From Octopus bimaculoides (Eukaryota), in assembly GCF_001194135.2 (NCBI RefSeq), contig NC_068984.1:73603008-73667007 (forward strand): a stretch of 64,000 nucleotides of DNA, given 5' to 3'. Below the pieces are notes generated by a model. The model ran no database searches and was not told the DNA's origin. It worked only from the letters and a program-made list of their open reading frames with translations. The first letter of the stretch is position 1; the number at the start of each line of letters is the position of its first letter. Below, piece by piece: positions 24,553 to 36,064 of the stretch. The position numbers and the translations under genes are program-made.

Positions 24553-26059
24553 CACTATTCCAATATATCTAATGCTACCAACTATTTTATACATATATAT
24601 ATGACTATTTAAATATATTTTGCAGTATTGAATATTATATCTACAGATGTAGTCAGCTTTTGAATGTATTTGTACACTACTGACATATACAATCCTGCTC
24701 AAAACACTGAATACAAAGATGAAATTTCTTATTCTTTACTAAATATAGTTTGATCTAAAAATAAAAACTAATTATCTAGTAGATTGGCTTGCACGGTTTG
24801 GTTGAGGTCTGGAAATCCAGTGGCTGCACCAGGCTCCAATCTGATCTGGCAATGTTTCTACAGCTGGATGCCTTTCCTAACGCCAACCACACCGACAGTG
24901 TAGTGGGTACTTTTTGCATGTCACCAGCACAGGATACAGTCAGGCAGCCCTGGTGGCATCAATCATGTTCGGATAGCAGATTTGAATATAAAACAACACA
25001 CGAAAATAAAGAAATATGTATATCTCTATTCAACGCAAGTAATGAAGAGTAAGTGGTGAAAATATCTTAAGATGTTACACCTAATGTGAAAGATTACAGC
25101 ATTGTGTCAATTGATGATACATGGTGTGAAAGAAAACCCCAAAACCAAGTGTTCTGGCAAAAGTATAGCATAAACAGCAACAATAAAGGCATTAATAAGC
25201 AGATAGCAATAAATAATTATAACAATATACCAGAATAATATAGTAAGCCTCTATCAAATTGAAGATGTGCAGTCATATTGTTATCATTATTATTATTATT
25301 ATTAAGACAGAAATTCTGTCGAGGTTGACTTTGCCTTTCATTCTTTCAGGGTCATTAGAATAAGCCCTAGTTGAGCTTTGGGTTTGATGTAATTGACTTA
25401 CTTTCTCCCCTAAAACTGCTAGCCTTGTGCCAAAATTTGAAACTATTAAAAGCAGTGAGCTGGCAGAATTGGTAGCACACTGGGCAAATTGCTTAGCAGC
25501 ATTTCATTTATCTTCATGTTCTGAGATCAAATTCTGCCAAGTTCAACTTTGCTTTTCATTTTTTTTTTTTTTAGAATCAATCAGAAGGGAACATTACAGG
25601 GATATAGAAAAATATATTCAAAAATGTTCATTCACTTTGTAGAATATCTGACTAGTAAAGGATAAATGGTCTCAATCTGAATGACTTTGAGCATAAATTA
25701 CTGTGTTTTAGAGCAGAATCAGTTGAGCATCAGGCAAATACTTCATGGTTATTGTTTCAGCTCTTTGCATTCAAATTCCACTGGGATCAACAGTTTGCTT
25801 TTATTTTTCTAGGTTCTATAAAATATAGTACCAGTCTAGGACTAGGATCAAGTAATCAACTAACTCTTCTCTCCAAGTTGGTGGTGCCTAAATTAGAAAG
25901 TATGATTATTATAAGAGCAGGGCAGTAGCCTGGTAGAATCATTAGAGAGCTGAAAAAAATGAGCAAGACAGAAGGAGCAATTCCAGTCAAGTCATGAGAT
26001 CAGTTCTCTCTCTTACTGACTGACTGACTCACACCTCTCAGAATTAGTTATGCTACTCA

Positions 26060-26198
26060 TAATACTCCCAGCACACAGACTATCCTTGTGGCATCTGTGG
26101 ATGCCTGTGTGCTTCCAGCTTTGGTCTGCAGAATAACATGCACTCTCATCACTGAGAACACAGATTTTGTCATTGTCTGACACCAATGGACTACCAAC
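26060..26198 (+). mobile_element. RTE LINE 3' tip (C-terminal C2H2-like finger + short 3' UTR)
   Basis: DYPCGICGCLCASSFGLQNNMHSHH* (26078-26155), then GTCATTGTCTGACACCAATGGACTACCAAC. Confidence 0.6.
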
Positions 26199-27624
26199 AC
26201 TCCCACAATTTTATTGAATGAAATTTGCTTAGAGGATGCAAACACAAGTTTGATTCTGAATGTTCAAAGTATTCTCATTGCCCCTCAAATATTTTAGGGA
26301 TGCCTATGAATACTTCCTTCCTAGAAGAGATAAGGAAGAGTTGGATTAGAAGCTAGTAGCCTTTTCTCTTTTAGCATGATCTAAAAACTGTTGCTGTGGC
26401 CTGCTGTGCTCTTCAGCACAGAACAGTGTGAAAAATAAAATCTATAAAAAAATATATTCTAAATTATGATTCTGTTAAAGAGTCAAAGAAGAAATTTTTT
26501 TTGTCATATGCCTAAGTTCTCACAACAGATCTATCATTGCATTTTTTCTTCTTTTTTTCTGCATGTCCTTTTAAGTGACAGGCAATTTATTATGGTGTAG
26601 ATATAATATCTTACATTGATACTTATACCAATTTCCTTCAATTGCGTATATCGTGGCCTCTTACCCTATAATGTGATTTTAGATTTGGATAAATTAATGA
26701 AAAGAAGTGTAGAAATTTATGCTAAGTGGGGGAAAAAATCAAATTCTAACATGTACTTTATGCTTTCACAAAACAACTATAAAAATTGAAACTATATTGG
26801 AATGCAATGAAAATGTCACATGAAATGCTGATTTATGATTGTTTATAGGATTTTTTATGTCAGACACTGAAATTAATGCTAGCTTAGGCCAAGGTGTGCT
26901 TTCTCTTCACCTTTTCCTTTCCTACCACTACTATTGTAGCCTGTTCCGGGGAACTGGCTGGTTTCATACTACCTCCACTCAGGTCTTCCATCTCATTTAC
27001 TTCACCTCCTCTCATCAGCCATGTTGTACCCAACCCTTCAAAATTCTAGCCCTTCAGAACACTATTCTTCAAGAATTCCATCACTGCCCATATTTCTCCT
27101 GCAGCCATCAACCTATACCTATAAAACATAGGGAGGGTCAGGAGCACCCCTGTTTCCTCTAAGCCGAACCAATAAAAATTGGCGACGCTTGTTTATTGGT
27201 TGAATTAGAACCATCATAATTAGTGTAGTGAATTAAGTATTATTAATATCCAATTAATTAATAAAACAGTAAACTGGCAAAACTGTTAGCATGCCAGGTA
27301 AAATGCTTAGCTGCATTCCATGTCTTTATATTCTGAGTTCAAATTCCACTGAAATCCATTTTGCCTTTCATCCTTCTGGGGTCGATAAAATAAGTATCAG
27401 TTGAGCTCTGACGGTGGGAGGGAGTGTCAATGTAATCAACTCCATCCCTCTCTGAAACTACTAATGGCCTTGTGCCAAAAGTTGAAACCAATATCCAATT
27501 AATTAATATTATGTGATTAAAATAAAAAAAAACATTAACTCAGTGATTTATTTTATTTTCCAATTACATTATGTGCAGTATTAATAATCCTGGCATGGTA
27601 CTGGATTATTGGTCACATGGGACT

Positions 27625-27880
27625 AGCCAGTACCACCTGACTGGCCTTCGTGCTGGTGGCACGTAAAAGTACCCACTACACTCTCGGAGTGGTTGGCATT
27701 AGGAAGGGCATCCAGCTGTAGAAACTCTGCCAAATCAGATTGGAGCCTNNNNNNNNNNCTGTAGAAACTCTGCCAAATCAGATTGGAGCCTTGTGTAGGC
27801 ATTTGGTTCACCAGTCCTCAGTCAAATCGTCCAACCCATGCTAGCATGGAAAGTGGACGTTAAACGATGATGGTGATGAT
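27625..27880 (+). mobile_element. Family D copy
   Basis: D core and (ATG)n tail; short duplicate across the 10-N gap. Confidence 0.75.
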
Positions 27881-29497
27881 GTTATTATATTGAGCTCCTG
27901 AGAAAGGCATCTAATTCTGATTGTTTTGTTTTGCTACTTTGAATATAAAAAAAAAGGAGGCGCCTTGACTCCATTTCTATCTACCTCATGTTTGAATGGT
28001 TAACAGTGTCTAAATGTGAAAATCTCAGAAATAATTATAAACAGCATCACATGTAGGTGAAGAGGGAAGCATCTGGACTAAATGGTAAATATATCTATAC
28101 ATATAAATTCGACATGGGTGATTCTTTCTTGTCTCATGGTTACTGAGATAATCTGCTATAATAATACTCTTGTGTTTATGAATGAGAAAGGAAGGGGTGA
28201 TTTCATTGTTGGTAGTGTGATGATGAAAAGTGAATGCTGAAATACATAAATCAAACAGCATTTCAGCTCTGTGTGAATATGTGTGTGTGTATGTAAACGG
28301 GGGGTATGTGAATGTGTGTGTGTATGTAAAAGAGGGGCATGTCATTGTGTGTGTATGTGTGTGTGTGTCTGTGTGTGTGTGTGTGTGCAATGGAAATGGG
28401 ATGGTTTGTTTTTGTTCGCTTAGTATTTGGGTTTATTTTTTGATTTGGTTGAATCTTGTATTTTTTTGTTGGTCAGTTATTTTTAGCGATTTGATAGAAA
28501 AGAAGTCATTCTAAAATTGTTCTTTTAATGTAAAGATGCCCAAACAAGTCGAATGCTTACAGCCACATCATCCAAAACGACCCGGTGAAATCTAGCTTAG
28601 CTGCTAGCATATGAATAAAAATGAAGAGGTAGAATTGCTANNNNNNNNNNNNNNNNNNNNNNNNNNNNNNNNNNNNNNNNNNNNNNNNNNNNNNNNNNNN
28701 NNNNNNNNNNNNNNNNNNNNNNNNNNNNNNNNNNNNNNNNNNNNNNNNNNNNNNNNNNNNNNNNNNNNNNNNNNNNNNNNNNNNNNNNNNNNNNNNNNNN
28801 NNNNNNNNNNNNNNNNNNNNNNNNNNNNNNNNNNNNNNNNNNNNNNNNNNNNNNNNNNNNNNNNNNNNNNNNNNNNNNNNNNNNNNNNNNNNNNNNNNNN
28901 NNNNNNNNNNNNNNCCCACCCACCACAACAGAATTGAGATCCTAAAACCAAGGTGCCATATAAAAAAGCATTGGTGTGGATGCTGGTTCCTCATAAAAAG
29001 CACTAGTGCTGGTGTCACATAAAAATAATGGGTGATGGTACTGTGAAATATGCATCCAGTACATTCTGTAAAGTGGTTGGCAGCAGGAAAGGCATTCAGC
29101 CATAGAAACCAAGTCAAAACAGTCTATGAAACCTGGTGTGGCCCCTGGCCTTGCCAGTTCCTTTCAAGCCATTCAACCCATTCCAGCATGGGAAACAGAT
29201 GTTAAATGTTGATGATGATGATGATGGGCAGTGGACTAGCAGAGTTATGAGAACATTGGACAAGATTCCTTATGTTGGAATGGTGAACATTCAATGTTGA
29301 AAAGAAAAATCAAACAGCATTTCAACTCTGTTTGAAGTATGTGAATGTTTGTATCTGTGATTATCATGTACCTTATTTTGCACATTATTTATATATAAAA
29401 TACTACAATTAACCATCATTTATGATGGCACAGGGTCAGCTAAAGAATATTCTGTATTTTCTCATCTAGTTTGTCTCTTATGATTTATATGTTTCAG

Positions 29498-29770
29498 GTA
29501 GCTGCTTACAACTTCCTCATGCCAGTGTTCATCAACCATACAGCAGCACCAGCACCACCTCCTCACTCCTCACCACATGATTCCAGTGAAACATCAACTG
29601 CTTCCAAACGACATCTCAATGCTCGTAACACCTTTGCTCAGATTGTCACACCAAGACGGAGAGTAATTGCCAGTGGGCTGAGGCCTGTTTTTGAACTGTC
29701 ATCATACAGAATTCAATTCAGCTTTGTCTTCACTTACCATAAAGTGCATCTCATGACAGAGCAGAAAAAG
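29498..29770 (+). CDS. CFAP47: CFAP47 exon 9 in window
   Basis: ttcAG/..aag/GTaggt. Peptide VAAYNFLMPVFINHTAAPAPPPHSSPH...TPRRRVIASGLRPVFELSSYRIQFSF..TEQKK. 273 nt, phase 0 to 0. Confidence 0.9.
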
Positions 29771-29837
29771 GTAGGTCTTTTTATTATAATTGTGTTTTCA
29801 TTTTGGCTTTGTTTTTTTATGGAGAGGGGTCTGTATA

Positions 29838-30032
29838 AGCGCAGGCACTCCTGTATGGTAAGAGGCTTGCTTCTCAACCACATGGCACCTTGGGCAAGTG
29901 TATTCTATTATAGCCTAGGGCTGACCAAAGCATTATGAGTGGATTTGGTAGACAGATGCTGGAAGAAGCTCATCGTGTATATATATGTATGTGTGGGTCT
30001 TTGTGTCTGTGAATCTTATGCGTCTGTGTGTC

Positions 30033-30078
<46 letters not shown>

Positions 30079-30316
30079 CATTGTGTCTGTGTTTGTCCCC
30101 TACCACCACTTGATAACCAGTACTGGTAAGCTTACATCCCCATAATTTATTGGTTTGGCAGAGCAATCAATAGAATAAGTACCAGGTTTTAAAAAGAAGA
30201 AAGTACTAGGGTTGATTCATTCGACTAAAAATTGTTCAAGGCAATGCCCCAGCATAGCCACAGTCTAATGACTGACACAAGTAAAAGAATAAAAGATAAA
30301 AGATAAAAGATAAAAG
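29838..30316 (+). mobile_element. Full-length SINE family B with internal (GT)n, 67 bp downstream of exon 9
   Basis: Head, CORE-like CCTTGGGCAAGTGTATTCTATTATAGCC, (GT)n, 3' body and (AAAGAT)n tail. Confidence 0.85.
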
Positions 30317-30833
30317 AGACTTTTATTCTTTTCAACTGCACCTTCTCCTTGACTTAAGACCATCCACACTTACAACTTCAATAAATAAATAAATAAATAA
30401 ATCGATTTTCAGACATTGGGCAGTTGCACATATGATAACTATGGCAGCATCTGGCAATTCAGGACACCCTCAGACCCAGGCATCCAGTGCCTGTCACTGT
30501 GTCTCACTCAATCACTTTCAAGCATCAGTTGTGTTTGAATGAAGATAGTGTTGAAAAATATAAATCCGACATATGACCAGATCGACTTATGACCTGTCAG
30601 TTGGAACCGAACTCAGTCTTAAGTCAAGGAGAAGGCATATTTGATACCCACTAGTGAAGTGTACAGAAGGTGTACAATGAAATATTTTGATTCCACACAT
30701 AAGACTTTAGCCACCCTGGGGTCTATAGTAGAAGACACATGTCCAAGTAGCCAAGCAGTGGGACTGAACCCAAAATTACATCGCTGGAGAAGCAACTTCT
30801 TAACCATACAGTTATGGCTGCACCTATATATAT

Positions 30834-30900
<67 letters not shown>

Positions 30901-30969
30901 TATTTGCATTCATATGTGTGTTTGTGTGTGTATACATACATATGTACATACATACGTACATACATACAT

Positions 30970-31354
30970 GTGGAGGTGCAATGACCCAGTGCTTAGGGCA
31001 GCAGACTCGCGGTCATAGGATCGCGATTTCGATTCCCAGACCGGGCGTTGTTAGTGTTTATTGAACAAAAACACCTAAAGCTCCACGAGGCTCCGGCAGG
31101 GGATGGTGGCGAATCCTGCTATACTCTTTCACCACAACTTTCTCTCACTCTTACTTCCTGTTTCTGTTGTGCCTGTAATTCAAAGGGTCAGCCTTGTCAC
31201 ACTGTGTCACGCTGAATCTCCCCGAGAACTATGTTAACGGTACACGTGTCTGTGGAGTGCTCAGTCACTTGCACGTTAATTTCACGAGCAGGCTGTTCCG
31301 TTGATTGGATGAACTGGAACCCTTGATGTCGTAAGCGATGGAATTCCAACAACA
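30970..31354 (+). mobile_element. Full-length SINE family A inserted in a (TACA)n tract
   Basis: Same sequence as 6880-7260; flanked by ACATACATACATG on both sides, a probable TSD inside the microsatellite. Confidence 0.88.
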
Positions 31355-31799
31355 ACATACATACATGTATGTCAATTACGTTGACCTCAGTGCTCAACTG
31401 GTACTTACTTTCTCGCCCCCCAAAAGGATGAAAGGCAAAGTCAACCTCAGTGGAATTTGAACACAGAACATAAAGTCAGACAAAATACTGCTAAGCATTT
31501 TGCCTGGCATGCTAACAATTCTGCCACCTCACCACTTTCTTCCATAGAAATATTGATTTCTTTCTTAGTTAATTTAATTAGATTCTTCCATGCTAAAGGT
31601 TTGTTCATGTTGAGGCCAGCCAAGGTCAGCACTACACTATAATGGCTACTAAAACAAAGATTTGAACCTCATCTTTTTGTTGTCTGTAATTGTAATGCTT
31701 CATTCTGAAATGAAAAAAAAAACGACAATCCTTCTCCCCCCCACACACACACACACACTCCCCATTATTATTTCATTGTTTTTACTTCTTGCTTTTTAG

Positions 31800-32004
31800 T
31801 CTCAAGAGATTGTTGTTGAAAATAAAACCAACCACAACCTGCGATATGATCTTGACCTGAGTATTCTAGAAACAAACAACAATAAAGATGTTCTCAAGTT
31901 TGTAAATAAAGAAGGTGAATGGCTGGAGTTAACAAAAGAAGGATGTATTGGGCACCATCTTGGACCACACGAAAAAGAAGTTATAACAGTGATTTGCTCT
32001 CCAA
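31800..32004 (+). CDS. CFAP47: CFAP47 exon 10 in window
   Basis: ttttAG/..ccaa/GTgcgt. Peptide SQEIVVENKTNHNLRYDLDLSILETNNNKDVLKFVNKEGEWLELTKEGCIGHHLGPHEKEVITVICSP. Phase 0 to 1. Confidence 0.88.
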
Positions 32005-32135
32005 GTGCGTTTCAGCTATACTATTGTTTTGAAGAATATTGTTGCTTTTATTACACTAGTTGTTATTTTCATTGTCATTAACATTACTGCCGCTAAGATT
32101 TTCATTGTTATTTAGCCTTAGGTAAAGCTTCACCT

Positions 32136-32430
32136 GTGAAGGTGCATGGCTTAGTGGTTAAAGTATTTGGCTCTCAATCGAAGGTCTTAAGTTCGATTCC
32201 TAGTGGCACATTATGTCCTTGAGCCAAGACACTTCATTTCATGTTTCATCTGTATTTCAAAGGGCCAGCCTTGTCACACCCTGTGTCACGCTGAATCTCC
32301 CCGAGAACTACATTAAAGGTATACATGTCTGTGGAGTGCTCAGCCACTTGCACATTAATTTCATGAGCAGGCTGTTCTCTTGATCAGATCAAAGAGAACC
32401 CTTGTTGTCATAATTAACATAGTGCCAGTT
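32136..32430 (+). mobile_element. Hybrid SINE A2 (different tRNA-like head + CORE-like segment + family-A 3' body) with 13-bp TSD
   Basis: TAAAGCTTCACCT at 32123-32135 and 32431-32443. TGTCCTTGAGCCAAGACACTT segment; 3' half matches family A. Confidence 0.82.
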
Positions 32431-32444
32431 TAAAGCTTCACCTA

Positions 32445-32870
32445 ACAGGCATATGAACGTAAAGTATTTCAATCCTGACTGTTGTTCCACCACAACCTTA
32501 AGATGGCTTTGGAACCTGTTGTATGCATTCCTCGCTGTATCCCTGGAAAGATCTTCAAACACCTCCTTGTTATTGCTGATAGTTGGTGTCTTTCTCAATT
32601 ACAACCCACACATGGTAATCCATGGGATTACAATTGAGGGAATTAGGAAGCTAGAAACTGGAGCTGATGATGTTGTAGACAATCACATTCTGAAGGAATT
32701 TGGTTTTCATGATTTCCATGTCACATCTTAGAGCCTTTACAGTATTCACAGAGCATTGAGCAGCAGTCATGATGTCAAAGTTTTGAAACTCAGTGTGAAT
32801 CATCATGATAGAAGTAACTTTTTTTCCAATATTCAGATGGCTTCCAATCTTCTGTCTCAACTAACTTTTA
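32445..32870 (-). mobile_element. Internally deleted Tc1/mariner-type transposase remnant
   Basis: Minus strand F*LPNSLNCNPMDYHVWVVIEKDTN (WPPNSPDLNP motif) and KEVFEDLSRDTARNAYNRFQSHLKVVVEQ (C-terminal motif), with an HTH-like DIMTAAQCSVNTVKALR upstream. The DDD core is missing. Confidence 0.65.
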
Positions 32871-33047
32871 CTCAACTATAACTTTAATCTTTATTCAATG
32901 TTAACACCATTTCAAATATGCTAAGAGCACATTTGACTTGTAAACAAGCCATTCACCATGTTTTGTTATGAAGAAAACTTCTCGCTATAAAAAACATAAA
33001 AGAGTATGTCTCTCTTATCAGCTCGCAGTACTACTGCCCGGTTTCTA

Positions 33048-33089
33048 TGACTGAAGAGGAGATAACTACTCCGAAATGCTTGCATCTCA
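33048..33089 (+). ncRNA. Minimal type I hammerhead ribozyme motif (Penelope-type)
   Basis: TGA|CTGAAGA|GGAG-ATAACTA-CTCC|GAAA|TGC-TT-GCA|TC|TCA: full core, 3-bp stem I, 4-bp stem II, near-palindromic stem III, AUC cleavage triplet. Activity untested. Confidence 0.72.
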
Positions 33090-33387
33090 CAGTCTGGATA
33101 GGTGGCACTGTGAGCTGATTTGGGTGTATTTTACACCATATGTCTATAGCAAGACAGACAGACAGACGGATGGATGGATGGATGGATGGATAGGTAGGTA
33201 GACAGACAGGCGGGTGGATGGATAGACGGATGGATAGGTGGGTGGATGGATGGATATATACATATATATGTATATAATGATATAGATTTAATCAAAAGAT
33301 TAAATGTGGTACTTAAAATGTTTGAGGCACCAGAATTTGGTAGGGTAAAAACCAAGAACAAAATCAAGAGATTTGGTGAATAAAATT

Positions 33388-33793
33388 TGAAAAAAAGCAA
33401 CAAAAATTCAATAGGTTATAGCAGTACGCACATTTCGTACAATCTCCATTTATTCATGAACTGAGAACACTACATAAAATGTACAATGAAAATGTACTCC
33501 TCAGCTGCATAATGGAATTTCATTTTAGAAAGTCATTTTGAAGATATATGCAAGGTGAGGAGTACATTTTCATTATACATTTTATGTAGTGTTCTCACTA
33601 CATGAATAAATGGAGCTTGTACGAAATGTACGTACTGCTATAACCTATTGAATTTTTGTTGCTTTTCTTCAAATATATATGCATATATATTTGAAGAAAA
33701 GCAACAAAAATTCAATAGGTTATAGCAATACGTACATTTCGTACAAGCTCCATTTATTCATGTAGTGAGAACACTACATAAAATGTATAATGA
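33388..33793. repeat. Alternating inverted array (arm > spacer < arm > arm) running into a gap
   Basis: Arm AAAGCAACAAAAATTCAATAGGTTATAGC..ATGAAAATGTACTCCTCA at about 33388-33502, its inverse at about 33557-33672, and a near-perfect palindrome 33570-33793 centred on TGCA at 33680-33683. Confidence 0.9.
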
Positions 33794-34173
33794 NNNNNNN
33801 NNNNNNNNNNNNNNNNNNNNNNNNNNNNNNNNNNNNNNNNNNNNNNNNNNNNNNNNNNNNNNNNNNNNNNNNNNNNNNNNNNNNNNNNNNNNNNNNNNNN
33901 NNNNNNNNNNNNNNNNNNNNNNNNNNNNNNNNNNNNNNNNNNNNNNNNNNNNNNNNNNNNNNNNNNNNNNNNNNNNNNNNNNNNNNNNNNNNNNNNNNNN
34001 NNNNNNNNNNNNNNNNNNNNNNNNNNNNNNNNNNNNNNNNNNNNNNNNNNNNNNNNNNNNAATCTTAATCTTAATCTTATTTCGGCCAGAGTTCTTTCGT
34101 CACACTTCTGTGACCTCATCAGTGGTCCTTTGTTTCCTTCTTTCTTATGTGTGTCTCACCTTGCTAACTATCA

Positions 34174-34224
<51 letters not shown>

Positions 34225-34229
34225 GCACA

Positions 34230-34910
34230 TATATATCGTGAAATATATTTGCCACCTAAATGTGGCTAACCCTTAAGGGTTGATGCTAGTGTAGCTTGTT
34301 GCCCCAGGAAGACATCTCCTCCAGCTGGCTATTGACGCACTTTCTGTTCCCTTTCAGTATTTGCAAAGGGAAGTCATCCTTCCTATCTCCATCTGTGATA
34401 CACACAGACCCGAGTTTCTTGGTATTGGCCTGTCATCAGCTTGTGACAGCCACCGGCTGGCAATGTGAAGTGGTTCCCAATACAAATATATATCTACTTT
34501 TTCCAGGTTTGGGGTGAGGATGAGGGGGAAGCATATCGGGGAGGGGTGGGGGAAGTGGCATAAGGTGTGACGGAATGGAGGAGTGAGTGGAGTTTATATT
34601 GATTAGTGAGAGCAAGAAATTCATGGAAGAGATGATTTAAATGGATTATGTAGCGTAGAATAGTGTGTGCATAGGAAGGTGAAAGAGAGGAGAAAAAGAT
34701 GGAATAAGCAAGAGGGAGAAGGCGGTTGAGGATGTGTATTTTGGAGAGTTTGGAATGAATGGTGACACTCATAAGACAGTAGGAAGTAGTACAGAGTAAG
34801 GGTAGGATGGCAGAAGCAGAGTGGAAAGTTGGGTAGAAATGGAGGTAGAAACCTTTGGGGATGAGGTGTTGTGAAGGCCGTGACTGAGAAATGAAACATG
34901 GCTATAGAAC
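34230..34910 (-). mobile_element. Possible Penelope-like element remnant (N-terminal coding + pLTR-like 3' part)
   Basis: Minus strand HVSFLSHGLHN/LIPKGFYLHFYP..LMSVTIHSK..NQYKLHSLL resembles the PLE N-terminal HxxFLxxC..IPKGF and KL..L motifs (one frameshift). Followed by a CTGATGA..GAAAC..GGTC word set. Confidence 0.45.
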
Positions 34911-35408
34911 TGTGTTTTTTTTTTNNNNNNNNNNNNNNNNNNNNNNNNNNNNNNNNNNNNNNNNNNNNNNNNNNNNNNNNNNNNNNNATTACTAGGGAAA
35001 GATTAATAGAAGGTTGAAAGCAGTAGAAAGGAAGTGTGGAAAGGTTTTTCTTTAAGCAGTGGTGAAGGTGGAGGAGGAAAGATTTGTAATCAGGCATGAT
35101 TGAAAAAGGAGAAAAAAAGGAGGAGAGAGAAAGGCAAAGTAATGACGTACAGAGTATAAAAGTTCAAAAAATTGAAAAGACATGAGAAGAAAAAGAAAAA
35201 AAGGAAGAAACAGGGAGAAAAGAAGAGAAGTTGGAAAGGGAAAGAGAGAGAGAGAGAAGCAAAGTAACAACGTACAGATTATGAAAAAACAGGAAGTTTA
35301 AATAAGTTCAAATGTCATGGTGTATTGGAGCAATTTTTCATCAATGGAAGAGTCCAGTGAAATCCATATGTATATCCATGTGTGTATGTATACACGTGTG
35401 TGTGTATG

Positions 35409-35440
<32 letters not shown>

Positions 35441-35462
35441 TATATGTGTGTGTGTATATATG

Positions 35463-35497
<35 letters not shown>

Positions 35498-35868
35498 GAA
35501 TATCAGTTAAAGTATATACTGTAATGCACTATGTTTGACAAAGCGAATGGAATTTTCAAAAGCTCACAATAAAATTTGGTCTGTGTGTGTTTCTGACATG
35601 GTTGTATGGTTAAGAAGTTTGTTTTATGAAGTCTCAGTCTTGAACACTCTGTGCAACACCTGTGTCAATGATGACATATCAGTTTTGAGATGGTATTTTT
35701 TTATGTTTGTTGCTCTCATTTTTACTTTCTCATTTTTTTTTTTTTTCCTAATATTATTTTATCCATTTCTGACTTTTACTTTATCTCATTCTCTGCTGTG
35801 TTCAATTTTTAAAATCTCACCTTTGTATGTTTTTCATATCTTCTACTTGTCAATGTTGCTGGGCACAG

Positions 35869-36064
35869 AAACCTGCACCAACTATAGCTTCCAGATTCCA
35901 ATTTACCTCAATGAAAACTACAAAACAGTTCACAAATATCTTCAGATCTGTGTTTTTGTGAGGCTTTCCTGGATTGTGTTCAACCCATCTGCTGTGTACT
36001 TCAGAGTTCCATTGCAAATTGAAGACTCTGTCGATGTTGTTATGCAGCCAGTTGATTATTCTAC
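35869..36064 (+). CDS. CFAP47: CFAP47 exon 11 in window
   Basis: cacAG/..tac/GTgagt. Peptide KTCTNYSFQIPIYLNENYKTVHKYLQICVFVRLSWIVFNPSAVYFRVPLQIEDSVDVVMQPVDYS resembles CFAP47 YTADIPMLLN..LLFDPPFIFFTPVPLD. Phase 1 to 2. Confidence 0.86.

Noticed and set aside
28597-29117. Long ORFs made of X (also at the other N-runs)
   Set aside because: Artefacts of assembly gaps.
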